From positions 2,921-66,920 of the IMG/VR virus record IMGVR_UViG_3300024261_002139: DNA of 64,000 nt, one strand, 5' to 3'. A program made the translations under genes and the position numbers. The DNA is from a virus. Every line of letters begins with the position of its first letter. Positions within the stretch are counted from its first letter, which is position 1. A model generated the notes under the pieces. It had not been told where the DNA came from. It did no database searches and saw only the letters and a program-made list of their open reading frames with translations. Positions 18,450-29,300 of the stretch are shown here, piece after piece.

Positions 18450-18850
18450 TGAAGAGAGCAATGTTTATTGGCCGCTGGCAGCCCATGCACAACGGCCACA
18501 AATGGCTAATCAGCCAAAAATTAGATAAAGAAATCCCGGTTCTAATTTGTGTCAGAGATATTCCACCAGATGAAAAGAACCCCTTCACCACCGCACAAAC
18601 AGTAGAGATGGTTGAGGATGTGTATAGCGAGAAAGATGTTGAAGTTATGGTGATACCTGACATTGAAAGTGTGAACTGGGGCCGTGGAGTTGGTTACGAA
18701 ACAAACGAACATAAGCCACCCCCCAACGTAGGTTTTGTTTCAGCAACAAGTATTAGAGAATCTATAGCGAACGGAACAGACGAGTGGAAAGAGAATGTAG
18801 ATGAAAAAATTCACGACAAAGTGATAAACTATTTGAAGGAGAACAATTAA
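18449..18850 (+). CDS. Small HxGH nucleotidyltransferase (cytidylyltransferase-like fold)
   Basis: IGRWQPMHNGH, NPF, SATSIR. Confidence 0.85.
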   Translation: MKRAMFIGRWQPMHNGHKWLISQKLDKEIPVLICVRDIPPDEKNPFTTAQTVEMVEDVYSEKDVEVMVIPDIESVNWGRGVGYETNEHKPPPNVGFVSATSIRESIANGTDEWKENVDEKIHDKVINYLKENN

Positions 18851-18851
18851 A

Positions 18852-19043
18852 ATGAAATTATCAGATCAAGCAGTCGGCGCAGTTATGATGGCACTTCAAA
18901 AGTGTCTTATGGAACAAACAGACATTGTTCCCATTTTAAAGGAGATGAACTTGGAAGCAAAAAAAGTTCAAGGAAGCGAAGAGCTGGTTGTTGACAACCC
19001 ACCAGTTGTTCAGGCAGATTTAGAGCAGTTACAACAGGAGTAG
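18852..19043 (+). CDS. Small hypothetical protein
   Basis: 63-aa ORF in operon with AGGAG RBS. Confidence 0.65.
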   Translation: MKLSDQAVGAVMMALQKCLMEQTDIVPILKEMNLEAKKVQGSEELVVDNPPVVQADLEQLQQE

Positions 19044-19046
19044 AAC

Positions 19047-19310
19047 ATGCCTAGGTATTCATACAGGTGTGATAAGTGCGAGTGCATAATGGATGTCACT
19101 CACCCCATGAAGGAAAGATATACAGATTGTTCGGAATGTGAAGCCGAGGGCTCGTTGACGAGAGTGCCATCGACTTTCTTTTCCGAATCAATAATATCTG
19201 AGAACAGGGAGAACATCAAGCCTGGTGAAAAGGTAAAAGAATACATCGAAGAAGTTAGAGAAGAGATCAGAACAGAGAAACAAAGACTAAGAGAAAGGAA
19301 ACACGAATGA
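19047..19310 (+). CDS. FmdB-type zinc-ribbon protein
   Basis: MPRYSYRCDKC...CSEC. Confidence 0.85.
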   Translation: MPRYSYRCDKCECIMDVTHPMKERYTDCSECEAEGSLTRVPSTFFSESIISENRENIKPGEKVKEYIEEVREEIRTEKQRLRERKHE

Positions 19311-19741
19311 TAAATTATTATTTTATAGTAGCTTTGAGTATGTCCGGAGTATTGAACATATTTCTTTTTTGGTATACATGGAAAGCACTTAAAAAATTAT
19401 TGTTTGTTTCTGACAACATAGGTTATCTGCATGAAGCTATGACCGGGTTCTCAGAACATTTGACCAATATTCATGAACTAGAGATGTTTTATGGTGACGA
19501 AACACTAAAATCACTGATAGAGCATTCAAAAGGATTCAAAAAGATAATCAATGAGTTTGAAGATATTCATGCTTTGACGGATATCCAAGAAGAATATATT
19601 GACGATAATGATGGCATCCTTTCTCTCCCAATAGACATTACACAGGGAGATATATATGGGAGCGACCCAGCCGAAGAGAAAATTGACACCAGTGAGAAAA
19701 AGGAAGCCAAAGGGGAAGCTGTATTTCACGCAGCTTCATGA
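19307..19741 (+). CDS. Membrane-anchored hypothetical protein
   Basis: Hydrophobic N-terminus followed by helical region with EMFYGDETL. Confidence 0.65.
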   Translation: MINYYFIVALSMSGVLNIFLFWYTWKALKKLLFVSDNIGYLHEAMTGFSEHLTNIHELEMFYGDETLKSLIEHSKGFKKIINEFEDIHALTDIQEEYIDDNDGILSLPIDITQGDIYGSDPAEEKIDTSEKKEAKGEAVFHAAS

Positions 19742-20375
19742 GGATGCTATAGTCGAATATGCTAGGAAGGAAACAGAACTTTTAAGAAGGCAAGAGCTTT
19801 ATACCAAGTACATTGGTCCAACATTCAACGAAATGGTTGACAAGATAGTGTTCACTTACAAGTTCACATCGTTGCCAAATATTGACGATCTGAGATCTGA
19901 GTGCAAGGTATTCTTAACCACCGTACTTGGAAAGTTTGACCCTGCCAAGGGCTCGAAAGCATTTTCATATTTCAGTGTCATTACTAAAAATTGGTTTATA
20001 CACAAGGTAAAGAAGAACTCCCTACAAATGAAAAGGGAAGTTTATTATGATGACATGTCAAAGGATTCGGAATTCTTTCATATGTCTGTGGAAAATGATT
20101 ACGAAGAAAAGAGAGAGAAGCACGAATTCTGGCAGGATATGTGGCAAGAGATGGGTAAGTGGGATGCCCAAGATCTAAAAGACAACGAAAGGAAAGTATT
20201 AGAAGCAATAAAGATACTGTTGGCAGACCCAGAGGCTATAGACATTTTTAACAAGAAGGCCATATATCTTTATATAAGAGAAATAACCGGTCTAAATACT
20301 AAGCAAGTTGTTAGTAATTTGAACAGAATAAGAAAGAAATACCATCTTTTTAAGAAAAAGTGGGTTCAAACATAA
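19656..20375 (+). CDS. Phage sigma factor, T4 gp55-like (late transcription)
   Basis: YFT..HEDAIVEY and KFDPAKGSKAFSYFSVITKNWFI region-2 pattern; C-terminal HTH-like segment. Confidence 0.75.
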   Translation: MGATQPKRKLTPVRKRKPKGKLYFTQLHEDAIVEYARKETELLRRQELYTKYIGPTFNEMVDKIVFTYKFTSLPNIDDLRSECKVFLTTVLGKFDPAKGSKAFSYFSVITKNWFIHKVKKNSLQMKREVYYDDMSKDSEFFHMSVENDYEEKREKHEFWQDMWQEMGKWDAQDLKDNERKVLEAIKILLADPEAIDIFNKKAIYLYIREITGLNTKQVVSNLNRIRKKYHLFKKKWVQT

Positions 20376-20397
20376 GATAACAAAATCTTTTAGAAAT

Positions 20398-20404
20398 CTA
20401 ATTA
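20398..20404 (+). promoter_or_regulatory. Putative late promoter CTAATTA, 5 nt before ATG
   Basis: CTAATTA-caggt-ATG(20410). Confidence 0.55.
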
Positions 20405-20409
20405 CAGGT

Positions 20410-20718
20410 ATGAAAGAACTAGAAGACTATCTTGTTGAAGCCGTAGGCAACATAAGAAATGATAGAAAATTAGCCACTCAATTACTTGAAGATGTGGCTA
20501 AGTATATTGGCGGTAGCGAAGAGCGGCACAAAGATGTCGGTGTCGTTGCCGCCAAATATATGGAAACCCTACAAAGATCCAACGAACAATTAGTTAAGAT
20601 TGTCGGCCTAATGGAAAAAGCCAATAGGGGCAGTGAAGGTTTGTCCGAAGAGGATAAAGATGACTTGTTTGATTTTATCGAGAGTGAGAAAAATAAAGAT
20701 AAAGAGGAAAACAAATAA
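20410..20718 (+). CDS. Helical hypothetical protein
   Basis: 102-aa ORF, NIRNDR and KYMETLQRSNEQLVK helices. Confidence 0.7.
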   Translation: MKELEDYLVEAVGNIRNDRKLATQLLEDVAKYIGGSEERHKDVGVVAAKYMETLQRSNEQLVKIVGLMEKANRGSEGLSEEDKDDLFDFIESEKNKDKEENK

Positions 20719-22352
20719 TGTCTAATACCGAAAAGTCTTTGGAGAAAAGCCTTGGCAAAGATGTTATACAAGGCCCCAGCGCCCAAAGAAAGTATTATGC
20801 TTCCGGTGAGCTGAATGCCGAAAAGGCAATTCGGGATGGTAAAACTTTGGATCCGGGGAACAATAGTGGGCTGCAATTACTAGCAGGCATAGCCGAAGAG
20901 AGAGCTAATCCAAGCTTTATAGATCCAGCTAGTTTTTATGGAAAATGGAAGGCAATTGTTTTGAGAGTAGAGCCGCCAGCACTGACAGCACAAAGTACAG
21001 AAATGCAATTGAATATGGGAAACACTACACTTCCGCTGACTAGGATAAAAGCACGAATACCAGAGATGGATGGTTTTTTGCCAGATCCTTTGTTCTATGG
21101 GAAAGGCGGCGGTACTGAAACAATAAATGTTCATAGGACATTTGAGGCAGCGAATACAGAGACGAGAGAGCCAGCAGTTGGAGACATCGTGTGGGTCGAG
21201 GTTACAAATTTAGATGATTTCGATTCTGCCGGAACTTATACAGATGTTGTTTTCCACACACCAGTTGATGGTGGGGCTGTTGGTGCTGACGACAAAACGG
21301 GCTCGAAAGCTTTCGATAAGGGAAACAAATTAAATGCCGCAGCTGCTACTGGCGATGGTATTGCCGGCCTTGGACCAGTTGGGATGACTGGGCAGACACC
21401 AACTCCGCTTCAGGAACAACTTGATCTTCTCCCTCCTGTCCCTGGCATCAATCCGCCGATTAGTAATAAACAGATGGCTTATGAAGGTAAAGGTGAAGGC
21501 TCCCCAATGGGTCCAATTATGTACAACAATAACCAATTCGGACCCAGAGGGCGACGGTGGCCATTCAGGAGAAACAAGCTTCCAGGATACAGGGAGCTTG
21601 GGGAGGTTGAGCTGACAAAGTGGACAAATCTAGGTCGGGGAACTTATTCTCGTGCCAGGAAAGACGGACAAGGAGACCAGAAGGATGTTGTTGCCGCAGC
21701 GTACCCCTATTTAAAACTATTTTCTAAAGCTCTCAACGAAGAATTTGGGGTGACACTGAGAGTGAATAGTGGCTTTAGGACAATGGCAGAACAAGAGAGG
21801 TTATTTAACAGATATCTTAGGCAAGTTGAGCAGTGGAAGAGGAGGAATAAAGACAAGACGAAAAAATTTCTCTGGAAAGGCGACAATAAATATTATTCAG
21901 GAAAGAGTTGGGGGTGGAAAACAGTAGAAGAAGAAGGGAAGCCGCCAAGAGAGGTGGAAAAGAGACCACCACCGGCTGCTTATCCTGGCAGATCAAACCA
22001 CCAGAGCGGTAGAGCATACGACTTAAAATATTATGATAAACGAGGCCGCCCCAAGAAACTATACAAGGGGACAAGAATATTTAACTGGATGATTAAAAAT
22101 GGACCTAAATATGGATTTAGTTGGGGTGAGGTAAAAAGCGAGCCGTGGCATTGGTCATTTGATATCAACAAAGCTCCACCAATAGCGGAGTCGTTCACTG
22201 AACCAAATAGTGTTTCTGATGATATTGGTCAGACACCTATTGACGGTGATGTTGACTTGCCACCGATGGACAACGAACAATCAGTTGAGAGCCCATGCGA
22301 AGAAGGCCAAAATCCAATTCAACTGCAAGACGGAACTATTGAGTGTATATAA
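20718..22352 (+). CDS. Baseplate hub (gp5-like N-domain) fused to M15-family cell-wall peptidase
   Basis: IKARIPE / PAVGDIVWV OB-like segment; SGFRT..EQ, SNHQSGRAYD, EPWHW. Confidence 0.75.
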   Translation: MSNTEKSLEKSLGKDVIQGPSAQRKYYASGELNAEKAIRDGKTLDPGNNSGLQLLAGIAEERANPSFIDPASFYGKWKAIVLRVEPPALTAQSTEMQLNMGNTTLPLTRIKARIPEMDGFLPDPLFYGKGGGTETINVHRTFEAANTETREPAVGDIVWVEVTNLDDFDSAGTYTDVVFHTPVDGGAVGADDKTGSKAFDKGNKLNAAAATGDGIAGLGPVGMTGQTPTPLQEQLDLLPPVPGINPPISNKQMAYEGKGEGSPMGPIMYNNNQFGPRGRRWPFRRNKLPGYRELGEVELTKWTNLGRGTYSRARKDGQGDQKDVVAAAYPYLKLFSKALNEEFGVTLRVNSGFRTMAEQERLFNRYLRQVEQWKRRNKDKTKKFLWKGDNKYYSGKSWGWKTVEEEGKPPREVEKRPPPAAYPGRSNHQSGRAYDLKYYDKRGRPKKLYKGTRIFNWMIKNGPKYGFSWGEVKSEPWHWSFDINKAPPIAESFTEPNSVSDDIGQTPIDGDVDLPPMDNEQSVESPCEEGQNPIQLQDGTIECI

Positions 22353-22361
22353 GGAGTTAAT

Positions 22362-23333
22362 ATGTCTGGAATAAAACCAAACAAAGGTAAAGAAGGTCTC
22401 GGTGATTTTTCGATTTCGCAAGATAGGAATGATGGGGTTCCCGATGCGATAAGGGCAGATAGTTTAGGGGTTGGGGGAGATCACTTATTAGAAGCTGGTG
22501 GTGCTATATCGTTCCAAAAACTTCCAAGTGAAAAAGTGGTCGTTGGGGCAAACAATTCCTGGATTGTCTTGGGCAGAGATCGTCCAGGCAAAGAATTCAG
22601 CGGCTACGGTGGTCTAAGTGACCATGGTGCTGGCTCGATTGACATCGTAGTCGGAAGAATGGGGCCAAGACCACAATGTGGTGTTTGGGTCGCTCCTGAC
22701 TTCTTTCAGGATGCTGCCAGAATACACATCAGCCAAAAGACAGATATAGATGAAAACTTTGGTTTGGCTACTGGGAGAGTTGGGGCTTCTTTTGCTCGCT
22801 CTGGCATAGGTATCAAAGCAGACGAGGTTAGAGTTGTGGCGAGAGAAGGAATAAAACTGGTCACCGGAACTGACTTTGAAAATTCCCAAGGCGGGGTTAC
22901 AGACTTGCAGCTAGGGGTAGATATTATAGCGAATAATGATGATACTGAATTACAGCCAATGGTGAAAGGAGATAATCTGGTTTTTGCTCTACACTATATG
23001 GTTGATTTGATTGATGAGACTTTGTCAATAATGACATCTATTCTCAAATCACAAATGGAATTTAACTCTAAAGTTAGCAGTCACTATCATGACGTGACAT
23101 ATTTCTGGAGCACACCAACATCAACTAGCGGAACATCAATCGGAGCCGGCGCAACTGCGATGACAACACAAATGCAAGACGGCATCAGCTCTCTTCAATT
23201 TATGAAGTCAAATATAGCAAATTTTTATCCTCAATATTTGAGAGATAATCCGCAACTAATTTCAAATCGAGAAAATCAATTACCACCAGGTACTGATAAA
23301 TACATACTGAGCAAATACAATAATGTCAATTAG
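22362..23333 (+). CDS. Baseplate central spike-like protein
   Basis: Beta-rich repeats (IGIKADEVRVVAREGIKL), PMVKGD, HYH motif; position after hub gene. Confidence 0.55.
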   Translation: MSGIKPNKGKEGLGDFSISQDRNDGVPDAIRADSLGVGGDHLLEAGGAISFQKLPSEKVVVGANNSWIVLGRDRPGKEFSGYGGLSDHGAGSIDIVVGRMGPRPQCGVWVAPDFFQDAARIHISQKTDIDENFGLATGRVGASFARSGIGIKADEVRVVAREGIKLVTGTDFENSQGGVTDLQLGVDIIANNDDTELQPMVKGDNLVFALHYMVDLIDETLSIMTSILKSQMEFNSKVSSHYHDVTYFWSTPTSTSGTSIGAGATAMTTQMQDGISSLQFMKSNIANFYPQYLRDNPQLISNRENQLPPGTDKYILSKYNNVN

Positions 23334-23346
23334 GCAAAATCAATAA

Positions 23347-26300
23347 ATGGTAGAAGAAAACGACAACATAGAATTGCCACCAGGCGACGATGACGAAGAA
23401 TCACCTCTTCACGATGATACTTTTCACCAAGGAGAAGACGAAGAAGATATTATTATAGAAGACGAAGAATCGCCCCTTCGTGACGATACCTTTCACCAAG
23501 GCGAAAAACAGAGATTAGATAGCTATGGGCGAGAGATAGAGGAAAGCCAAGGCGAAAAAAGAAGCTTCGTTATAAACCTTTTTAAGTTAAAAGAAAATTT
23601 AGATTTAGTATCACAACTTTTAACAAAATACGATAAAGACTTTAAGGAATCTGGAAAAAGTGCAACAGGTTTAGATTTTCTTCGTCTCGCTTCGGAGATT
23701 AAACAATTCCAGTCTGGGTTTGATCGATCTCTCAGAAGAGGGGTAGCATCGGTAAAGAGGAACAGAGATGAAGGGAAAGACTTGTTTGGGAATGAATTCA
23801 AAACATCTAACGGCAAACCAAGTTACAACAGAGCACAAATAATACACAGTAACGATTATATTATATTTTCAGTAAGGATGTATGACACGGGAGACAGAGA
23901 AGTAGAGAGTTTCTTACAGTCGTCCAATGCATATGTATTGACTGGCGAAGACATGTTGAATTTTAACGGTGGTATTGTTAATGATCCTACCATAATGAAC
24001 TTGGTTGCCAACTTGGACGAAATAGCAGAGCAAATAACCTTTTCAGGCTTGTTGCCCCAGAGCGGGCCACTTTCTTTACAGTGCGGGGGAAGAAATGCTT
24101 TTAGCGATATAGCATCTGGCCCAGGCTTATCAAATGCTGAAAAGCTTGGAGATGCCGCAGCAGACTTTGTTACTTCTACTGCCACCATAGAAGATTTGAC
24201 ATGGGAAGGTTTTACTAAAAAATATATTTATCCAACCGTAGATATCGAACCGGCTAAATCCAAGAAGATGACATCTGGCGATGCTGCTGCTTTCCTAAAA
24301 TCGCTAGAGAAGAAATTAAAGAATGTACGAACAGAAGCAGAAAGAGCCCGTGATCGTGACAAGTATGGTGCTGGTTTCAAATTGGCAATAAGCTCAGCCC
24401 GAGAAAAAGGATTTGAGTTTACAAACAGTTCACACAAACTGTTGTCAAACGAGGCAAAGGAAGAACTAAAAAATAGCTTGAATAGCTTTAGAGACGGGTT
24501 TACAGAGGTTTTGGATCGTGTGTCTCTCGGGTGCTTGCTAAAATCAGCAGCAGAATGTTTACTTCCGGCACTGAGTTGCCGCGACATACTTAGGGGAGTC
24601 AGGTTTGCCAACTTACCGAATCGCTTAAGTGCTGCTTTTCCCAACCAACCAAGGCTCGTTGAGAAGATAAATAAAGAACTTTGCAAAATAGAAGATCCAG
24701 ACGGAAACATAGATCTTGTTCTTGATACCATAGAAAAATTTGTGGATCTAGAAGTTCTTTGTGATGTTGGTAACTGGGCACTTGGCGGCGGTGGTGGCTT
24801 TGACTTGCCTCCGTTTTCTCTTCCGAGATTTGACATAATGGACTTGTTCGGCTCTCTTCGAATATCTATTGACCAGGCAGTTTTGGAGTTTTTAAACGAA
24901 GCCATCATACAGATGATTTTGGGCATATTAGAAGACCTGGCATCTTGTGACAATTTGGATGCTTTGGTATCTGGTGTCATTGACGGGGAAATAGGTACTG
25001 ATGCTGGTGTGGCTGGAGATGTAGCAAACCTATTTATTAAGGGCGAAGATTTTCAACCAGGGGAAAGTTCCATCGCTACTAGCCTTGGAAATAGGTGGGA
25101 AGAATTTGAAACAAGAGCAGAGCCCATGTTTGCTAGGCTTATAAAACTAGAACAATCTTCAGAATTCAATGCTCTTGGCGGAGCACTAGAGGCCAAGCAG
25201 GACTTCACCGCTAGGCCACTACAGACTGTTTTTCCTCGTAAAACCCAAAAAGCCAAAACAGCATCTGAACTGCTGGATGACGCTGTAGACCAATCTGCTG
25301 AAATATCTTTGGACACTAGAGAGCTAATAAAGTTTGACGGAGAAGGGAAAGAAGTATATGAATCTGCGGTTGATCAATTTGGGAAATACACTTTGTCTTC
25401 TGATGGAAAGCGATTCGTGTTTGAAAGACAAACTGATGATACTTTAATTGTTGAGTCTGTACCAGCAACCCCAGCAGGAGTTGCTTCTACGGTTCCAGTA
25501 CCTGGTGGTCAGGCACCTGGCGCTAGGCCCGGCTGCCCAGACGTTCCAGAGCCAGAAATAGAACTAGCACTACCATCAAAAAAAGAAATGCAACTCGCCC
25601 AAGCAGTTGCCATGAAAGAGGGTGTTTATAACCAATTGGCACAGAGATCTGGGACGAAAAGCGCAAGAGCAGGAATCAAAGATTTTTCTAAGCTGTTGGA
25701 CGATGTTACTGTTCTCTTTGCACCTAGAGAGGTGTTGAGATTGTTATCCGGAGAAGCAGATGAAGCACTCTGTAAAGAAGTCCAGAACTTTGCGAATATC
25801 AAACATCCTGGGCTGAAGTTTATGAAGAGCCCAATGAAGATTTGTCAGATGTTTGATACTCTTGGGAAAATAACTGGCCTTGACAAACTGCAAGATGATA
25901 TATTGCTTGCGTCAGCTGGGGCAACAATAAAAGAAGTTAAAATCCCTTGTGCCCCTGGCGACGATCCGGCAGAGAACTTACGAGAAAAAATTCTTGAAGA
26001 TGGTGGCCTTCCACCGGAAGAAATAAAAAAGAAGTTAGACGACATTAGAGACAAAAAGAGAGACAGATATAACGAAATAGCAGACACCATAGCGAACTTA
26101 CAAGATCCAACAATATCTCTAGAAGAAGCATTGGCACCTCTTGCTTGTGGCCTAGACCCATCCACTAGGGAGATGCCTCCATTGGTTGATAATATGCTGG
26201 ACCTCACAATCGACACTTACTTACAGCCTGTCCAGATATCATTTAATGAAGAGGTTGATGTATATACAGAAGCGATAACAGAACAAAAGATGGAGACAAT

Positions 26301-29300
26301 TGAGGTTCCCCCCACTCTTGGCTCCAGTCCCACCACCACACCCACTGGCGGATCCCCGCCCTCCCTTACTAGTTTTGAGGATATCGGACAGCTACTGATT
26401 CAGCTTGGCGGCGGCGGAGCTGACGAAGTATTTGGCGATGAAGAACGTGGCGATATGATGAACCCCCGCTGGGCAAAAATGATAAACGAGGGCTTTGTAC
26501 CGGCCAATGGCACACCCGATGATCCGCTCGGCCCATATACTGAGGCTTCGATGGAAGGGTGGTCAGGCACCGGCCCACGAAGTAACTTCGGCCCAGATTC
26601 AGGGTGGCCAACAGTGAAAGAGCCCACAAGTGTAATCGGAGAATCTTTGAAAGAAGGTTTAGCCAAATTTAAAATTCCTGATAATAATGGAGAAGCAATA
26701 TTCTTAGCCGGCAGCATGGGCGGGAGCACCAATTTCAGTAGCTTACTAGGAAGCGGTGATATCAACCTGGGTTTGAGTGGTTTTTTTCCCAATTCCGATT
26801 CTAACGATCCTGAATCTACACGGGAAGTGAACTTAAACACTTTCGTTATGAAGTACATTCCAGATAATAATGGTGAGACTGAACTTGATATAGTAACAAA
26901 TGGTTCGTCTAAAATGTTTCGACCTATACCTGGCAGGGATTCTTCTACTCTTTTTACGTTGAGGAAAACATACGAAAAAGACAAACAAATACAAAATATT
27001 TTAGATAACGAATTCAACGGTTCAAATTCTAGAGCTGAAACTTTCGCTGGTCTTATAATAAATAGGTTAAAAGGTGGTTTTGCGAATCAAGGCGATCCTG
27101 GAGAGGAATATAATGATTTCTTCCAAGGCAAACACAAAGACTTGGTTTCTGGAAGTGTCGAGGTCAAAGCCGCGAAGGTGATAGGCAACCGTCTCCTGGA
27201 AACACCGGCCTCTATAAATTCAACAACAAGCATGCCAGCACCGTCTGAGAGCAGCCCCTCGCAAAAGAATGCTATTGTTAGCATAGTAGATTTTGCTGCC
27301 TCTGCCTCTCCTGCCCAAAAGGCTTGTGGTCAAAATCCGAACTTAATGGCTCTTGATGATTTAAAATTTACGATGAAGGAAGAATTTTCCAGATCTAGTT
27401 GCGAAGACAGGAGGCCAGTTGGAGACGGCACAACTGAACAAAGAGGACCAGTAGTTAGTGCTGCTATCATTGGTGCCGTTATGGGAACGATTAGGCTCTT
27501 TATGGTAGACCAAGTTCTTCGTGCATTGTTTGTTTATGACGAGTTTAGGTATTCTGAAAATCTTTTTGTTGAAGACGATCTTTTGATGGACTTTACGATT
27601 GAGAGAATGAAAATTAGTATAAAATCTCAAGAAAAGAATGACAACTATTATAGGATATTCTTGAAAGAGTCAATACTGACATACAACAGGAGAATAAAAA
27701 AGGGCGATGTTAATCTTAAGGGCGATTTGATACCCTTTGAGAGAAAAGTGAACAAAGGGGAAATAAAAAAGAAAGTTAGTGGTGAAACACTTGAAATGAA
27801 AGAAGAGAGATATCTTTCTTCTTTGTCACTAGTGGACTTGGAAGACCTTGCAACAGCGGCACTTAAAGAATTGTCAAAAGAACAGATGAGATCAGTTCTT
27901 AAGAAATTTTCTTTTATACTTGGTGGAAGGCAGCCGGTGAATTTCAAAAGAGAACTCTTAAAAGAAACACCAATAGTTGAAATAAAGGATGAAGAAACTC
28001 CTGATAGATTTGACGGTATATTCGCAGAAGGCATTCCAGAAGGCGGCAAATTCATATTGGAGAAATATATCAGATCGGCAAAAGATCCATCCTCAGTTGA
28101 GGGTGTTGGTATTGTTGAAGTTAACGACAAGATCAACTCATTGGCGGAGTGGGATAGATTTATTCAGCAACAATCAGAAGAAAATTCTGAGATGAATATA
28201 AAAGACAACTTTAATGGTTTGTGGAAATACGGAATGAGGTTGACATACATACCATATATTGAACCAGACAATGTTCCTGATTTTTCTAGCAAAGTCGATC
28301 TGGACAAGGCAGATACTTTTAAGACATACCATGAAAAATTAGAAAATGGAAACATCATAACACCAATACCCATAACTACTGTGGAAATACCAATACAAGA
28401 GTTTGAGAAAATAGAAGATTCTCTAGGAAGGGTGTCCTCTCTATATAATTCGAAATACGAAGACATCTTGTTAAGTCTGATGGTGGAAGACCAATATTTT
28501 AAATTAATATTTGATTACTGCTTGTCAGCCAAGGAGAGTGCAGCACTTCTTACAATATACACCACCATGGTGCTAAACAGCATGGAAATGGACAAGTTAT
28601 TTGTTGAGACAAAGGGTAGATTGAAAAGTTTGCTTCTGGATGTTCTTGAATCAACGAACGCACTTAAAAAACCAGATCAAAGATTTGAGACAGACACATC
28701 AACAGAGTTACAGAATGCTCAGAGATCTGCAGGGCAAGAAAGCCCAGGAATGGGCCTTAAAGTCTTAAAAATAATATTAAACACCCCGATATGGATAATG
28801 AAAGGTGTTGCCGAAATGATAGATCCGAATGTCTTTATCACATCAAAGGTTCAAGCTGCCGGGAAAGCTGGGTACTTGATACCTAGGTTACAACTTAAGC
28901 CAGGCTGGAACAGGGCACCAAAACTGGACGGAGACGGAAACCCAATAGAGGGTGGAGGCTGTGACTTTGTTCCGACTGCACCAACCACCCCAGGCAAATA
29001 TAAAACACTAGAGGCTGCCATCGCAGACGAGCCACAAATAGAAGATTTTGAAGGAAAACTCCTGGGTGTAATAGAACCAAAGCCAAGCGATCTCCGCATC
29101 GCCGCAATTCCGGACCAAGATGATGGCCCAGAAGCTTTAGGAAAAACAGATATTGTAAAACTAGCCACTGAAGCCTCCGTTGAAGTAATGAAGCAACTAA
29201 CATTGTTGTTCGTTGCGACAACAGATCCATTGGGTGGCCTTGCTGCCGCCCTTGCGATCACCCTCCAGCCTGATATACCAATCTCTAAAAACCCAGCCTT

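Noticed and set aside
6862-18850. Bacterial LPS/capsule locus (host contamination)
   Set aside because: Seamlessly coupled to phage genes on both sides; no wzx/wzy/ABC export or priming transferase
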